From Amoeboaphelidium protococcarum X5 (lineage: Eukaryota > Fungi > Aphelidiomycota), in contig JALDTO010000235.1 in the NCBI GenBank assembly GCA_023515725.1, positions 418,371-482,370 of the forward strand: 64,000 nt of DNA, in the 5' to 3' direction. Below are positions 50,725 through 62,885 of this stretch, in pieces. Numbering within the stretch: the first letter of the stretch is position 1; every line of letters starts with the position of its first letter. Position numbers and translations under genes: made by a program. The notes under the pieces are model-generated. The model saw only the letters and a list, made by a program, of their open reading frames with translations, was not told where the DNA came from and did not search any database.

Positions 50725-51660
50725 ATGGCCAATAATCTTCTATAGTAGTATGTAGTATAACCATTGGAGAGCTTTGTGCTGGGATTCGCAGCAGAAATGT
50801 CTTACATTACAGATAGAAAATCATCTCTGAAAGGATCATGGTATCTGTCGCCGGCTCAGCATGCCATTGAATTCGTCGTTACCAACATGTTTACCATCAC
50901 TACATTTCTGTATTACATTAATAAGGTGTTTAATCATCATGCAGGCCTTGAGAAGTTTATTTGCGATCTAGGAGATAAAGCTGCAGGCACAAAAAGATCT
51001 TGGCTTGAGAGAGTAGTCCATGTGTCGCTGGTTGTAACCTTTATAATGACTCTGAAGTTCACCTATGTCAAGGGATTTATGCTCTTTGTCTTATAACCAT
51101 GCCATATCACTAATCTCATGTACATTTATCTTCTCACGCTTGACACTAGACGTAAGCTGCCACACATAATGTTCAACATTCTGCTTCATCTATCATGGGG
51201 TATTCTATTGGCGGTGGTACAACCAGATCTGCGAGACTCTCATTAGTTTATGGAGAAGCATTTCTTTTGGTATGAGCACATTATTCTACTAGCTTTGCCC
51301 GTGTGGTGTATGTGGAAGAAGCGGTTCTATGTGATGCCATTGTAAATGAATCTGGCGTTGGCCTCATTTCTAGGCTTGGCTGTGTATCACTCACTAATCT
51401 TGGCCACAGTGTCGCTACTAAGTGGAGTTAATGTAAACTACATGCTTAAGCCGCCTATTGGACTATTGGAGATGTTCGGTGCATTCTACCGACCTGTAAT
51501 GTACTTGTTCTGCCTCGCTCTTACATTTTTGATGAGATTTGTGATTTGGGAGATTGTTATAAGGGCCGTGGATAAGTTGCGTGGTCATTAGCTGTTAGAT
51601 GGTGGTGATAAAGATCAAAATTTGATCTAGAAGAGCAATCGGGTCAAGAAAGAGGAGTGA
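50725..51660 (+). CDS. TMEM164: TMEM164-family membrane protein (311 aa)
   Basis: WYLSPAQHAIE, LQPCH, FWYEH, VNVNYMLKPP, multiple TM segments. Confidence 0.85.
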
Positions 51661-52617
51661 TTTTGTGATTATATTTGGTTATTGGTTTTGAAGGTTAATA
51701 ATCGGATAATTGAGTTTGAATTGAAATGATAAATAGAGATGCTTTGCTGAGTTATATATTAATAGTAATGTAATCAGTTTAAAGCGAAATTACAATTACC
51801 TCAGATAGTCAAGTGTTATCCTAAACTACAATGTAAGAGTATCCGCTGTCCGCAAGCAGAGACCAAGACACCGACTAGAGAAAACCCCTTGTCAATATCT
51901 CAATCTAAGGCATCCAACAGACCACATTGCAGTTGTCAACGAATGGATTGACTTTTATCATCATTGTAGTAACAGTATCTCGCTGTAATGATATCAATCA
52001 AGATACAGTGCTCATAGATAGAGAGCAGACTGTGTCTTGATGATCATATCAGCATTGAGGTTCAGGTTATCACATTACATTTTAATCATTTGTGTAATCA
52101 GGTGAAACACGGATAAAACATCAATACCTCATTAAGCACTCAGATATAACTGATATTAGTACTTACATGCAAGAGCAATTAGAATATACAGCATAATCCA
52201 TGTAACATAAGCATTTTGACGCGTCATTGAATAATTGTAGATTCAGATTTGGTAAGCATTGAGTATTGATCTTCACTAGTAATCAGTAGCAGAACTGGAC
52301 TATGTGTTCATCACTAGCTACAATCTTATATCAATGACGCGTCGGAAATTGCTTTTCAATAGTCTTGATAATTGATACCTATTAATTAATTACTTGAAAA
52401 GAAGCACTTGATGGTAGAATTGCATATTTTTCATGCGAACCTTAAAGGTTGATTTCTCATGCGAAAGCTTTAAAAGTACGCGCGTAGGAGTTTGTAAAAG
52501 TGTTCGCCGATTGACCGAGACGGTGAAACTGTTTCAAACAGCTATTTAATTTATATTGTCAATATAATGATAAGCTATATATTAAAATTAATATCTTGGA
52601 CGCCTATATAAAAAAAA

Positions 52618-53712
52618 TCATTGTAGCCAATATCGTAGCACTTCCACAGTCTTTCGGTCAGCTTCCGGGTCCCCTGACAGTCCATCATAGATTCTCTAAA
52701 CTTCGTCGCGTGTATACTCGAAAGCAGACAGAAACTATTGCACTAGAACGGTCTTGTTAGATACTGCTGCCATGCGCAACGACAAAATCCTCCAATTGCT
52801 GCTTTTCATACGGAATAATTTTGGCAATAAGTCAAATGCCTCTGACTCATCATATTAGTTAGTGATATAAGCCGCAAACGCCCAGCTGTGATAATTATTA
52901 AAAATTGACCTGTAGTGATTTGCGATCCTTAAAAACTCATCCACAAAGTGATTCATAATTAGCCCTTTAACCATAAACACCACCAGATTGTCGCAGTTTA
53001 GCGCATGGAAGCTGGCCTCGCTTGTGATCTTGGAAGTGATAACCTGCATAGCATCTCGACGCGTTATACTTGCAGATGCAGCAGTGGCGAACTGCAAATA
53101 TATATTCAGCAAAAAGCGATCCATCAGATGTCCAAAACAGCCATCCAATTGTTGTTTGATAGACTGAGTAGACACACCTGCATTCACACCTTCAAATATA
53201 ACGTTCTCAACTAGCTACTTATTGGAAACCATTACCTGAGGACACATATTGGAAAATAAGTCCCAAGCCATGTTATCACGCGCAGAAACTAAGCATGCTT
53301 CGTGATAACTTTACTGAGGTACAATCTTCTCACTGATGGCATAGTCAATGAACGCAACTCTATTTTCACGACAAGCTAGTAAAACGGTTTGTGATTTGAC
53401 ACGGTCAGATGCCTACAATAGCAATTCTTGCAACGTATCAAGGTCATCATACGCAAACAGTCGTAATAAGTAATCAGGCGATTACTAAGGCGTCATGCTC
53501 AGAGTATACTCATTGCCATTGATATCAACCACATTGCGTCTTAATGGCGCATCTTCCGGGGCACGTTCTTCTCCTATTCCCAAATGCCCAAATTAGTCTT
53601 CGAGGATCTAACTACCCCACGCTGATTAGTATACTGGCGCGTCATCTTCATCGACAAGCCCTGGAAGAGCGACTGATAAACCAATAAGAGCTATCACTAA
53701 AACTGCTTTCAT
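52618..53712 (-). CDS. Hypothetical secreted helical (possibly degenerate ankyrin-like) protein, 364 aa
   Basis: Signal peptide MKAVLVIALIGLSVALP. Continuous table-6 frame to TGA. LLACRENRVAFI and LRMAAVSNKTVLV resemble degenerate ankyrin helices. Confidence 0.75.
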
Positions 53713-54159
53713 TTTTTCTCGATATTCCACTATCAAAGTGCAGGGGGAGTGTGTGTGTACTGCGTCCTAAGTTTTAAGAAAGGTGCCTCCTGAACTCCTT
53801 ATTTAGAAAATACCAGAGACCCGCTCGATGAGGGGATTCAATTAGGCGTGCAGAATCTCGCGCTATCATAGAATAATGCAGAAATTTACACAGTATATGT
53901 CTCATCTTTATATAACTTAAGACTATCAATATTATCGGAGTTTATAATTGCGCTGTGATGCTGTAATCTCCAAAACCAAAATGTGATTGATGAAGCAGTT
54001 TGTCCGACTAAACTGATTCTGCAGCTCAGTTTCAAGTAAAAGTTTTCGGAGCATTATCCACAAATAAAGAGAAAGCCATTCAAAAAAGATAATATCATGT
54101 CATTTTAGTAAATCAACGCGAATAATGCATATTTTCAAGCGCCATAAATGTAAATTCAA

Positions 54160-57066
54160 TCAGATAAGATATCGTTACTCATCAATCAGCGACCTTTCTT
54201 TGATACAATCCTTCAACCACTAAGCCGATACTATAGAGATTCTTTGTTCTAAACGACCCTAAATAACATTTCGCAATTAGTCCACGCGGCTCAAATCTTG
54301 TGGAGATATTACAATGTGTGTTGTTTAATGATCGATCAAATTGCAGACTGCGCCACCAAAAAGCTCTACCCCCAACTTTAAGACGTTCCATGATTGAAAT
54401 GATACTTTCACGCCCTCTTTATCTCCAATAATCTCATACATATCAAAATACGCGTTGACAGGCCGGAAGAAGTTATGATCTCCAGGCTACATCTCAAGTT
54501 ATTCGTACAACTACAACAAAGCCTGGCGCTGTGACTAATCATCCGAACCAATATCGAGCGGGACATTTAACTCGCCATAAATCTACCCCTACTCAATTGT
54601 CATCTCTTTGAGAAGGTGCTCGAATCTCTTCAATGACAAATCCTTCGCGTAATTGTCACCATACTCGTCAAACTGATCCAAATCTGCGATTGTTTTAGCG
54701 GAATCATCAGAGATATAGATCGAGTTAGATTCAGAGAGAGGCAGCAGAATATCCGCTTCTATACAATCAAACACGTATGACGGTTTTGCTATACTACATT
54801 ACTTCTTGTCAACCAGTTGACGAACCTTGATGCTCTGTTTACCAGCAATCACCAACTGGGTAGATATTCGTGGATTTTACACAATCACAGCTTTATGTTT
54901 GAGTAACTCGCGCTCAATGTCCTGCTTGGAATGTTCATCTGAGCCATTGGCAACAAAAACTTCAATTCCATCGAAAATGTTCCCCATTATTTCTTCTTCA
55001 TCAACTTAGACTCCGCGCAAATCTTATGGAAGCTCCTGCTTTGGACGCTGGCGTTTCTTACTCGGAGTACTGCCACTACCTGACATAAACGCCGTCGCAG
55101 TGTCAAATACAGAGCCGTCGTCCAATTCATTAGCTCTCAGAATATGATGCTTTATTCCCTTGGTTTACTCAAACTATTTGGCAAGTTGGGTATAAGACAA
55201 AGAATCCTTTAGAGGTTTATCACTTCGAATCTGCACCAATCTAGGAAATCTAAGTCCGTATCCACAAGCAGTATCAGACGTGGTGATCTCCATGCATTTC
55301 AGCTCAACAATCACAGATGATGAAGGCGATGGCGCAAAAAGCACATCTATATTATCAGTACCAATCAACATCAACTTTCCAGTCAGGTTTGTGGAAGCAG
55401 TGCGCTTAAGTCGCGGGTTAGGAATTGCAACCAGCCAAGATGGTATTCTATCAGGATCAAACCGCATCTCCAACGGCTGCAGTTTGTGATACATCTCAGC
55501 CAATTGATCCATGGAAAAGCCAGATCCAACATGAGACAGAGTAGACCATTAAGCTTCACTAAACTAATCATCATCGCCAGTATCAGATTCATATCTATCA
55601 TCACGGACGGCAACGAGAAATGATGCGTACAAATTACTCTTATCACCATGTCCATATTTGGCGCCAATAATTACAGCGTCCAAGTGCTCACCGAGACCGG
55701 AAATATAATCTGGCTTCAACTTGAGCCATCTACCATTCCTCGAGTCGGGAATATATGTACTTTTTGGATCTTTCACCACGATGCCTTCACCTTTCTTTAA
55801 CAAAATTTCCTCCATGAAATTAACAACTTGTTCTGTGGTGGTGGCCTCCTAATACTCTAGCACTTTGACTATACCATGCTGCTCTTTAATCAAATCTTTG
55901 AGATACGATTTCCTCTTTGAAAGTGGCAGCATGCACAAATTCTAATCATTCAAATATAAAACGTCAAATACCACAAGATACAATCTCTTCCCCGTCTGAA
56001 TTCCATCATCATAAGCCGCGACTTGCCTTATAGTTCCGAAAGCTTCCACACCATCATTGGCCGGATTAAAGACGAGGATCTCAGTATCTAGAATCATATT
56101 CTTAACTCCGTGCTTTGCAGTTAAACACGGCCAGAACCGTCGACTTGCACCTTCGTACTACGACTCTCCATACTCATGTGAGTGGTCCAATCCATCACGA
56201 CTAAAGTACGTCACTCTGCCCATCTAAACATCCAGATGGACTATCATACGGAAACCGTCCAACTTCTCCTCAATATAAAATGGTTCATTATCCATTTTGC
56301 GGACAACATCTCCTGGCAGCACCTTCTACAACTTCATAGGACTAAATTATGTGAACAACTAAATCTGAGCGTCTTTAAATCGTTTATGAATATCTTTGCA
56401 CTTGTCGACAACCTTCTGCAGATCAGTACAAAACTTGTACTCTTCAGGTGCATCCGGATGAAATGTCCTCAGCACCGAGTCTTCGCCAATACCTATAAAC
56501 ATATCTTTAATGATGATACGAATAATCCATTTCTACTCTTGTGGGCTGCAGTTGTTAAAAATCTTGTAGAAAATCTCCTCTTACTTCTTCTTCTTGGGCA
56601 CATTAGTCTCGAATCCATTCTGACTTGGTGCATTCTTCTCCAACTAATTCAACTAATTCAGATAGTCATTCACGTCTCGGATATTCATAGTCTCCCCAAC
56701 ACCGGTCCACCGAGACTCTATGCTAGCCTGAAGCACGGTGGCAAAGTCGATTCGAGAACTTTACGCGTCATCATAAACGTCAGTTGTATATTGATACAGC
56801 TGAGGCTATTTCCAGTCTTTAAGGCGTTTAATCTCTGCATGAGGAAGAGCCAGCATTCCACTGTATATTTCAACTAGCCTGGTTTCCTTCATACCATAAG
56901 TACGCGGATCTCTTTGAGGTATGATCAGACGTACAATGTCAAACAACTCTTCAGGTGCCTCGTTTCTAGCATCTTTAAACAGTTACTGGAGGTATTTGAG
57001 TTTTATTTATCTCACAGGATTATCCTCCAACTTTTACAAGACATATCTGACTTGTTCAAACAGCAT
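54160..57066 (-). CDS. LIG4: DNA ligase IV with two BRCT domains (968 aa)
   Basis: RLIIP..R.YGMKE, EEKLDGFRM, ILDTE, EGIVVK, WLKLKPDY, LRFPR, DEYGDNY XRCC4-binding linker, tandem BRCT. Confidence 0.96.
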
Positions 57067-57779
57067 GATGATTTAAGTGGGATGGATTGCGATGAAACTG
57101 AATTGGGAATAAGAAACAAAGAGAACGCGTTTTGTTTCAAAGTGATTTTCTGATGAAGTAAGAGTAACGTTCCATTATAGCTGTGAATGGCAAGTTCCAT
57201 CAGCTAATTTTAGTAGAATATTAGTCACAAGAATATCAAGATATTTGTAATTAACGCGTCATTGAAGATGCAAATGGCTATCCTGAACTTATTGTAGATG
57301 AAGTGATTAACTGATGGCAAAATATTCCTGTTCAACACTGACGATTTATCTTGGTTTCTATATTTCTTCTGGCTCACTTCAAATACACTAAACTCTTTAA
57401 TAATATTATGAGAATGTAATGTTGTTGATAACACGTATAATAAGAAAAAAGTTTGGTATGACATTCTGGCTACTGTGGTTGTTTTGAAAGTCTGAATCTG
57501 AACGACGGTTGAACTTTACTTCCCGCGGTCTTTCCTCTGCTCTCAGGTGAAGTCGCGTTCGTTGAATCGCCATTTAACACAGCGGAAATATCCGGATTCG
57601 TAAGTAGTTTTCTCCTATGGGGATCAGGTACTGAATGTGTCAGTTTTTAGTCAGTCTTGCAGCAGTCCACTATTACTTGTGCTGGTTTGACATCTTACTG
57701 AATCTTGCAAGGATCTAGTACCAGGAAAGGACCTGTAAATTCCGTCACAAGCAAAAAATTGGTGGTAATCCAAGCGGCT

Positions 57780-58700
57780 ATGAGCGTGAAGAATACTGAA
57801 GACGATGGCACATCTACCGCTGGAATATATTACTTAATACAAAGATTTCTATAACTAAATGATGGTATCGTATCTCCTATAGAAGACTGACCTTGATTAT
57901 TAAGATGCACGATTTTTCTATTATTGGTGTCTCGACTGGAAGAAATGCAAAACTAAAACTTCTTCTTCTAGATAGAATTTCTGCACCAGAGCATAAGATT
58001 ATCATGCATTTGAAAGAGAATTTAGAAGACTAAGTAAGCGGCGAAATACGAATGAGTAGATGTCTGCATGGAATAGCTTTTTGAACGCATGTCTTAGATG
58101 CAGAGCATTTATAAGGATAGACTATCCATTCAAAGGGAGGAACCTAAATAAATGGTCGGATTGGATAATGCGCTCTGAGTAAATCATTTGACGCAATATT
58201 TATGGCAACATATCTGATGGCTACGCATTTTAGCAGACTGTCCCTAATATTCTGGTACATTGAAAACTTTTTCGCCCATCAAAATCAGGTTGATGATGTA
58301 TTTGTTTACCATATCCTCTAGTAGTAAGTGATGGTCAACTATTTCTGAACATCACCATGGATCAGATGAAGCAGAAGCTGTCTTCATTCGATCAATTGTC
58401 ACGTCTGCGAAACAAGAATAACTAGCCTGAAATTGCCGTTGCTGCTAAGTTTAAAAAGCTTCAAACACATTTATTGTCTAACCGACTACATCTTTCTCTT
58501 AGAATCCAACAGTAAGGTGTGGGATCTTGACTCTGGTGCGTCAATGCAGTGCTGCAATGACAAAGACGCTCTTTTGGGATTGTCTGCCAGCTTTGGCGTG
58601 AAAGTACACAACTATGGTGGTAGCGATAAAGGAGTAGTCTGCGCTGGCGTTGGCACTGTCATTTTAGATGTAACTGTCGATGGTTAGCGTCGTTTACTTT
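57780..58700 (+). mobile_element. Degenerate Ty1/copia-like gag-protease relic
   Basis: WDLDSGAS (58520-58543) followed by C..K..L..G.GTV matches the copia aspartic-protease signature. Upstream region is broken by TGA stops and frameshifts. No LTR or PBS recognised. Confidence 0.6.
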
Positions 58701-59369
58701 GAATCTTCGTTGCTCATCCTGGGCCGAAAGTATCAATGCGGCTCTGTCTAAAGTGACTGACTGGGGCGGAGGTGGATTTACTGTAAACAGATTACTCGAT
58801 GCACTGGAATAGGCGTCTCGGATAGTAGATATGAACAGGCTCGAGAGTGCGGTGTTAGTAGATTCTTTGTTCTGTGTCCTGCTGAAAATCTGGTAGCATA
58901 GAAATGATCACAGAAGTTTGAAAGAAATTTAGCAGTAGATTAACTAACACAAGCCACGGAATTAACAGGCACACCAGAAGAAGAGAGTGAGAGTAGCAAA
59001 TGAGGAGAGAACTCTATTAGAGAATGTACATCATATCGAAATAGTAAACATGGTCAAAATTGGTGGCTAGAATATAGTGAGGTAAATGATCAACTCCAAG
59101 GTAACAGAATCGTTGAACGGTTAAAGTAGCCACAGAGAAGCCTCGTGGTAAAACTCACCATCTCTAGTAGTACTAGTAGAGGGAGTAAGAGAAGGAAAGA
59201 GTAGGATATAAAAACTATCTTTAAGAAAAGCAGAAGATGATTATTACTGTAGTTCCTCTTCTTGCATGGCGGCTAATAGGAATTCTCTAAAAGTATGCTA
59301 TCAATCAAACGGACAATCAGCCTTGTGAAATAGCTATTAAAAAAATTTATTTATATGCTATATTAAATG

Positions 59370-60950
59370 TCATCGCTTTTCAATTTTAAATGGAGGCATT
59401 GGAGTGGGTTCGGAGTTTTTAATCAGCTGCACTTTGTAAGCAGTGCCCATTCCATCCTCTGCAATCAGTCTATCCCGTTAGCTCATAATCTCCCTCTGAA
59501 CTTACGCGCTCTAGTTCTTGCAAAGCATGGCGCATCTCTCATTTATTCCCATTGAAAGAAGAAACTCACGTTATGTGACAACATCTGGTGCAAGCAAATC
59601 ACCTTACCGCACAGCCTCTTCCTAAATGAGTTTAAAATCAACATCGACAGTCAAATCAGATTCTCCCGGGTATTGCAGAGGATGAACGAATTAATGCTTA
59701 TATACTCCCTACATTTTATACCACTTAAATAAGAGTTACATGAATACTAAGTATATCATAGCTTACGCGAAATGAACCTGATGGAGTTTTTTGAGAACCA
59801 TAGTCAATCACAACAGCCATCCCACTGTCATGAACTGATATGAGGCGAGCAATTTGAGCTGCAATTTTCACCGCTTCTGGTGAGAACTCAAAAGTATCAA
59901 GTCCCTCCAATGAAGTTCTATCCAACTTTTATATTGCAAGCTGTAGTGCCGGGGTTTCTCCTTTTAACAATCCAAATCTTAATGGCATACTTCTACAACC
60001 TCAATGATATTGATGATAAATCGACATCAATGGTGACAATCAAAACTTACGCGTCAATGCTTTCATCCAAATCTATTCCAACTTCTGCCCATTTTCCATC
60101 AACTTTCTACAATAAGTTCATATAAATACTCATGTATGAGATAGAAAAAGTAGTATACCTTGAATTAATGAAATGGTAAAGCATCAAAAAATTCATGAGC
60201 CATTAGAAATATTGGATATCCCAGCGGAATCTATTCAAAATCGCTATACCAATTTACAGTCACTCCATTCTGCAATTTAATATTTTAAACAGGCTAGGAT
60301 AGATCTAATTCCGGAGAAAGAGCATTATTATCAAACTCGCTGGTATTTAAATTAAAGCTTCTTAACAGCGTCTATAGTTGAACTTTACGCAACTCCAAAC
60401 TCCGTTCCACAAGATTAATGGAATCCAAATGCTCTCGAATATTATTACATCCGCTTTGCCAAACCTACAAATACCATGCATTGAACAATTATTTGCCATT
60501 AATTATTTAATAAAGCTATTCTTGAAATGAGATATCATACACGTAGCATATCAGATAACAAAGTTCCTCTGCCAGCGCCAAGTTCAACGTATCGAAACTT
60601 GGAATACTACATAGCTTGATTCAGCATGAAAGCTCCAGTCAACTACAAATATGTTGCATAAATAATCAATCCCTCACTTATTTTACATGTAATACTCCAT
60701 ACCTCTCCGAACACTTGAGATATTTCAGGACTGGTAACAAAATCCCCCTTCTGGCCAAACACTTGACGCGTACTATAGTATCCATGCTCTGGGTGGAATA
60801 GACACATTCTCATGTAATCAGCCACAGATATCGGTCCGTTTGTCTACACTAGATAGACATCATAGTGATATTCATATGACAGTACCCAATAAAGATTACC
60901 CGAATATACCGACTCAGCAGCTACATCATTGGAGTTTACGCGCGAATCAT
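59370..60950 (-). CDS. NDUFAF7: Mitochondrial complex I assembly arginine methyltransferase NDUFAF7/MidA; 6 introns (60844-60899, 60643-60702, 60465-60540, 60107-60158, 59993-60050, 59709-59766)
   Basis: GPISVADYMRMCL.HP..GYY..GDFVTSPEISQVFGE, VELGAGRGTL, AHEFFDALP, IDYG, PGESDLTVDVDF, MGTAYKV. Confidence 0.95.
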
Positions 60951-61124
60951 TCTAATATCACCAAAATCTCTCCTGGTTACTTATATAGATCTTTGTCCGA
61001 ACAAAATTTAAATCGAAATGGATTAAAGATAAACAAAAATTTGAGATATCAAAATCACTTTATAGAGCAATAACAACTATAACCAAATCGAGAGTAATGT
61101 ATATTGAATCGGGACTAAAGTTAA

Positions 61125-62342
61125 TCATTTGACTTCAACTTTGGACATTGCCGCAGCAAGTTCATCAACTTCTTCCCCTTTATCACCACTTTCTTCATCA
61201 GACTCATCTTCCGAATCTTCCTCTTCCATATCGCTCATAGTTCCCAGTGCATCTTGAGATTCAATCTCTTCCAGTGCACTTTTAATACCATCAGCGGCAG
61301 GACCATCTGCACTAAAACAATTTCCATTCAATTGGAGCGACTTTAAATTCTTCATCAATCGCACCACAGATACCAGAGACAGTGCAGTCTTTTCATTAAT
61401 CTCATTATACTGCAAATTGAGATCAACCAGACCTGCTGCAATATCAGGACACTTGGCCAGTTGGTCAATCAACTACTGAGTGCCTTTACTGGTCATCATA
61501 CAGTCGCCGACATTGAGCACTCGAAGCTTGGTCCAAGAACTTACGGCTTGCGCCAGTGCAGCGGCACCCTTCTCAGTAAAAGTGTTATCTTATAAATCCA
61601 AAATCTCAAGCTTGGTACACAACTTCAATTTCTACAGTAGTTCCACAACACCATCAGGTCTAATACCATCTTGTGGAAATACAACCTACTTCAGAGACGG
61701 GTGTTTGGATAACGCGTCACCAAGCGCTTTCATGGAGCCACTCTCTAATCTACTCCGACCACACACAATAGTCTCCAATTGAGATTAAACGCCAGCTTTA
61801 GCGCAAGAATCTGCAAGAGATGTCAATGCCGTACCAAGTATATTTCCACCCTGAGGACCAAGACCGGTGTTGTTAATCTTTATGCACTTTAAGCGAGTGC
61901 ATTGACTTATCAAAGGTACCAACGGGTTCAATCCATCAGGTCCGAATGCATTATCACTGAAATCGATACTCTCAAGATTAGCTTTGACGTTGTCATTAGC
62001 CAGACAAGCATCAACGAACGCGGTCAAGCAAAGGGGAATCTCTGATCGCAATCTTCCCGTAAAGATATCACCAAAATGCAACTACTACAATGTAGTTAAT
62101 CATAAAAACACTTATTGATTCGCTTATAGTAGATGCTACAAAAATACCTTTAAATTATCAAGTTCCTTCATGGCCAACGACAACTCTTTGCAAGCATCGA
62201 CACCGAACGAGTTTCCAGATAGCTTCAAAGCAGTGATAGACTACTTTCGTTCTCTAATGCTGTCGACATGCTGCTTTACACTTTCAGCGGAATCATACTT
62301 TTTACTCTACGGCTCTATAACGTACAAACTATCTAACGCCAT
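61125..62342 (-). CDS. RNA1: Ran GTPase-activating protein (LRR + acidic tail); intron 62085-62147
   Basis: LSGNSFGVDA, DIFTGRLRSEIP, SDNAFGP, NNTGLGPQGG, CGRSRLE, DLQDNTFT, acidic C-terminus. Confidence 0.95.
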
Positions 62343-62885
62343 ATTTCCTCTCAATCAATCTAAATGTTTATTCAAGTTCAGTCACACTTGTAATTTCGCC
62401 ACCCACAATGTAAAAGAAAAGAAAAGTCGAGTGAGCACTAACTTACTTACAGTACCGTACGGGAATACTTTGCCTGAAGAAAGAAGATTGCCTCAAAACC
62501 GACAACGCGAGCCTCTCTCTCTATCTCTTCGATTTCTGCCAGCACAAGAGAGATGGTAACACAGAAAGGTTGAGAGCGCGTGTTAAGTCACTGCGAAGAG
62601 GAATCGCGTCGAAATCTTTCCTTGGCCGCAGCCACTTTGACACAAACTCTCTCTGCTCACTCTGCTTTGTGTGTTTAATTACTTTCTTTCTTTCTTTCAC
62701 TCGTTCGGGAGAGAGTTCTAAAGACGGAGATTTAATTGAAGTGTTTTGATATTATAAAGCTTGACACACGGCGACTCTCTTTGAACGCTTAGCATCGGTT
62801 ATCTCATTGGTCATCTAATTCTACAGAACTGTCGTACCTGAATTTAATTGGAAATTGAGTTTATATACATATATAAAGTACCGAG

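Noticed and set aside
21631-57260. ACGCG(T) MCB-like boxes near MUS81 and LIG4
   Set aside because: ACGCGT also occurs frequently inside coding regions throughout the window, so no enrichment can be claimed.
46298-62625. Identical 14-mer AAATCTTTCCTTGG in two divergent promoters (46298 and 62612)
   Set aside because: Several chance 14-mer matches are expected in 64 kb, and two occurrences are not enough.
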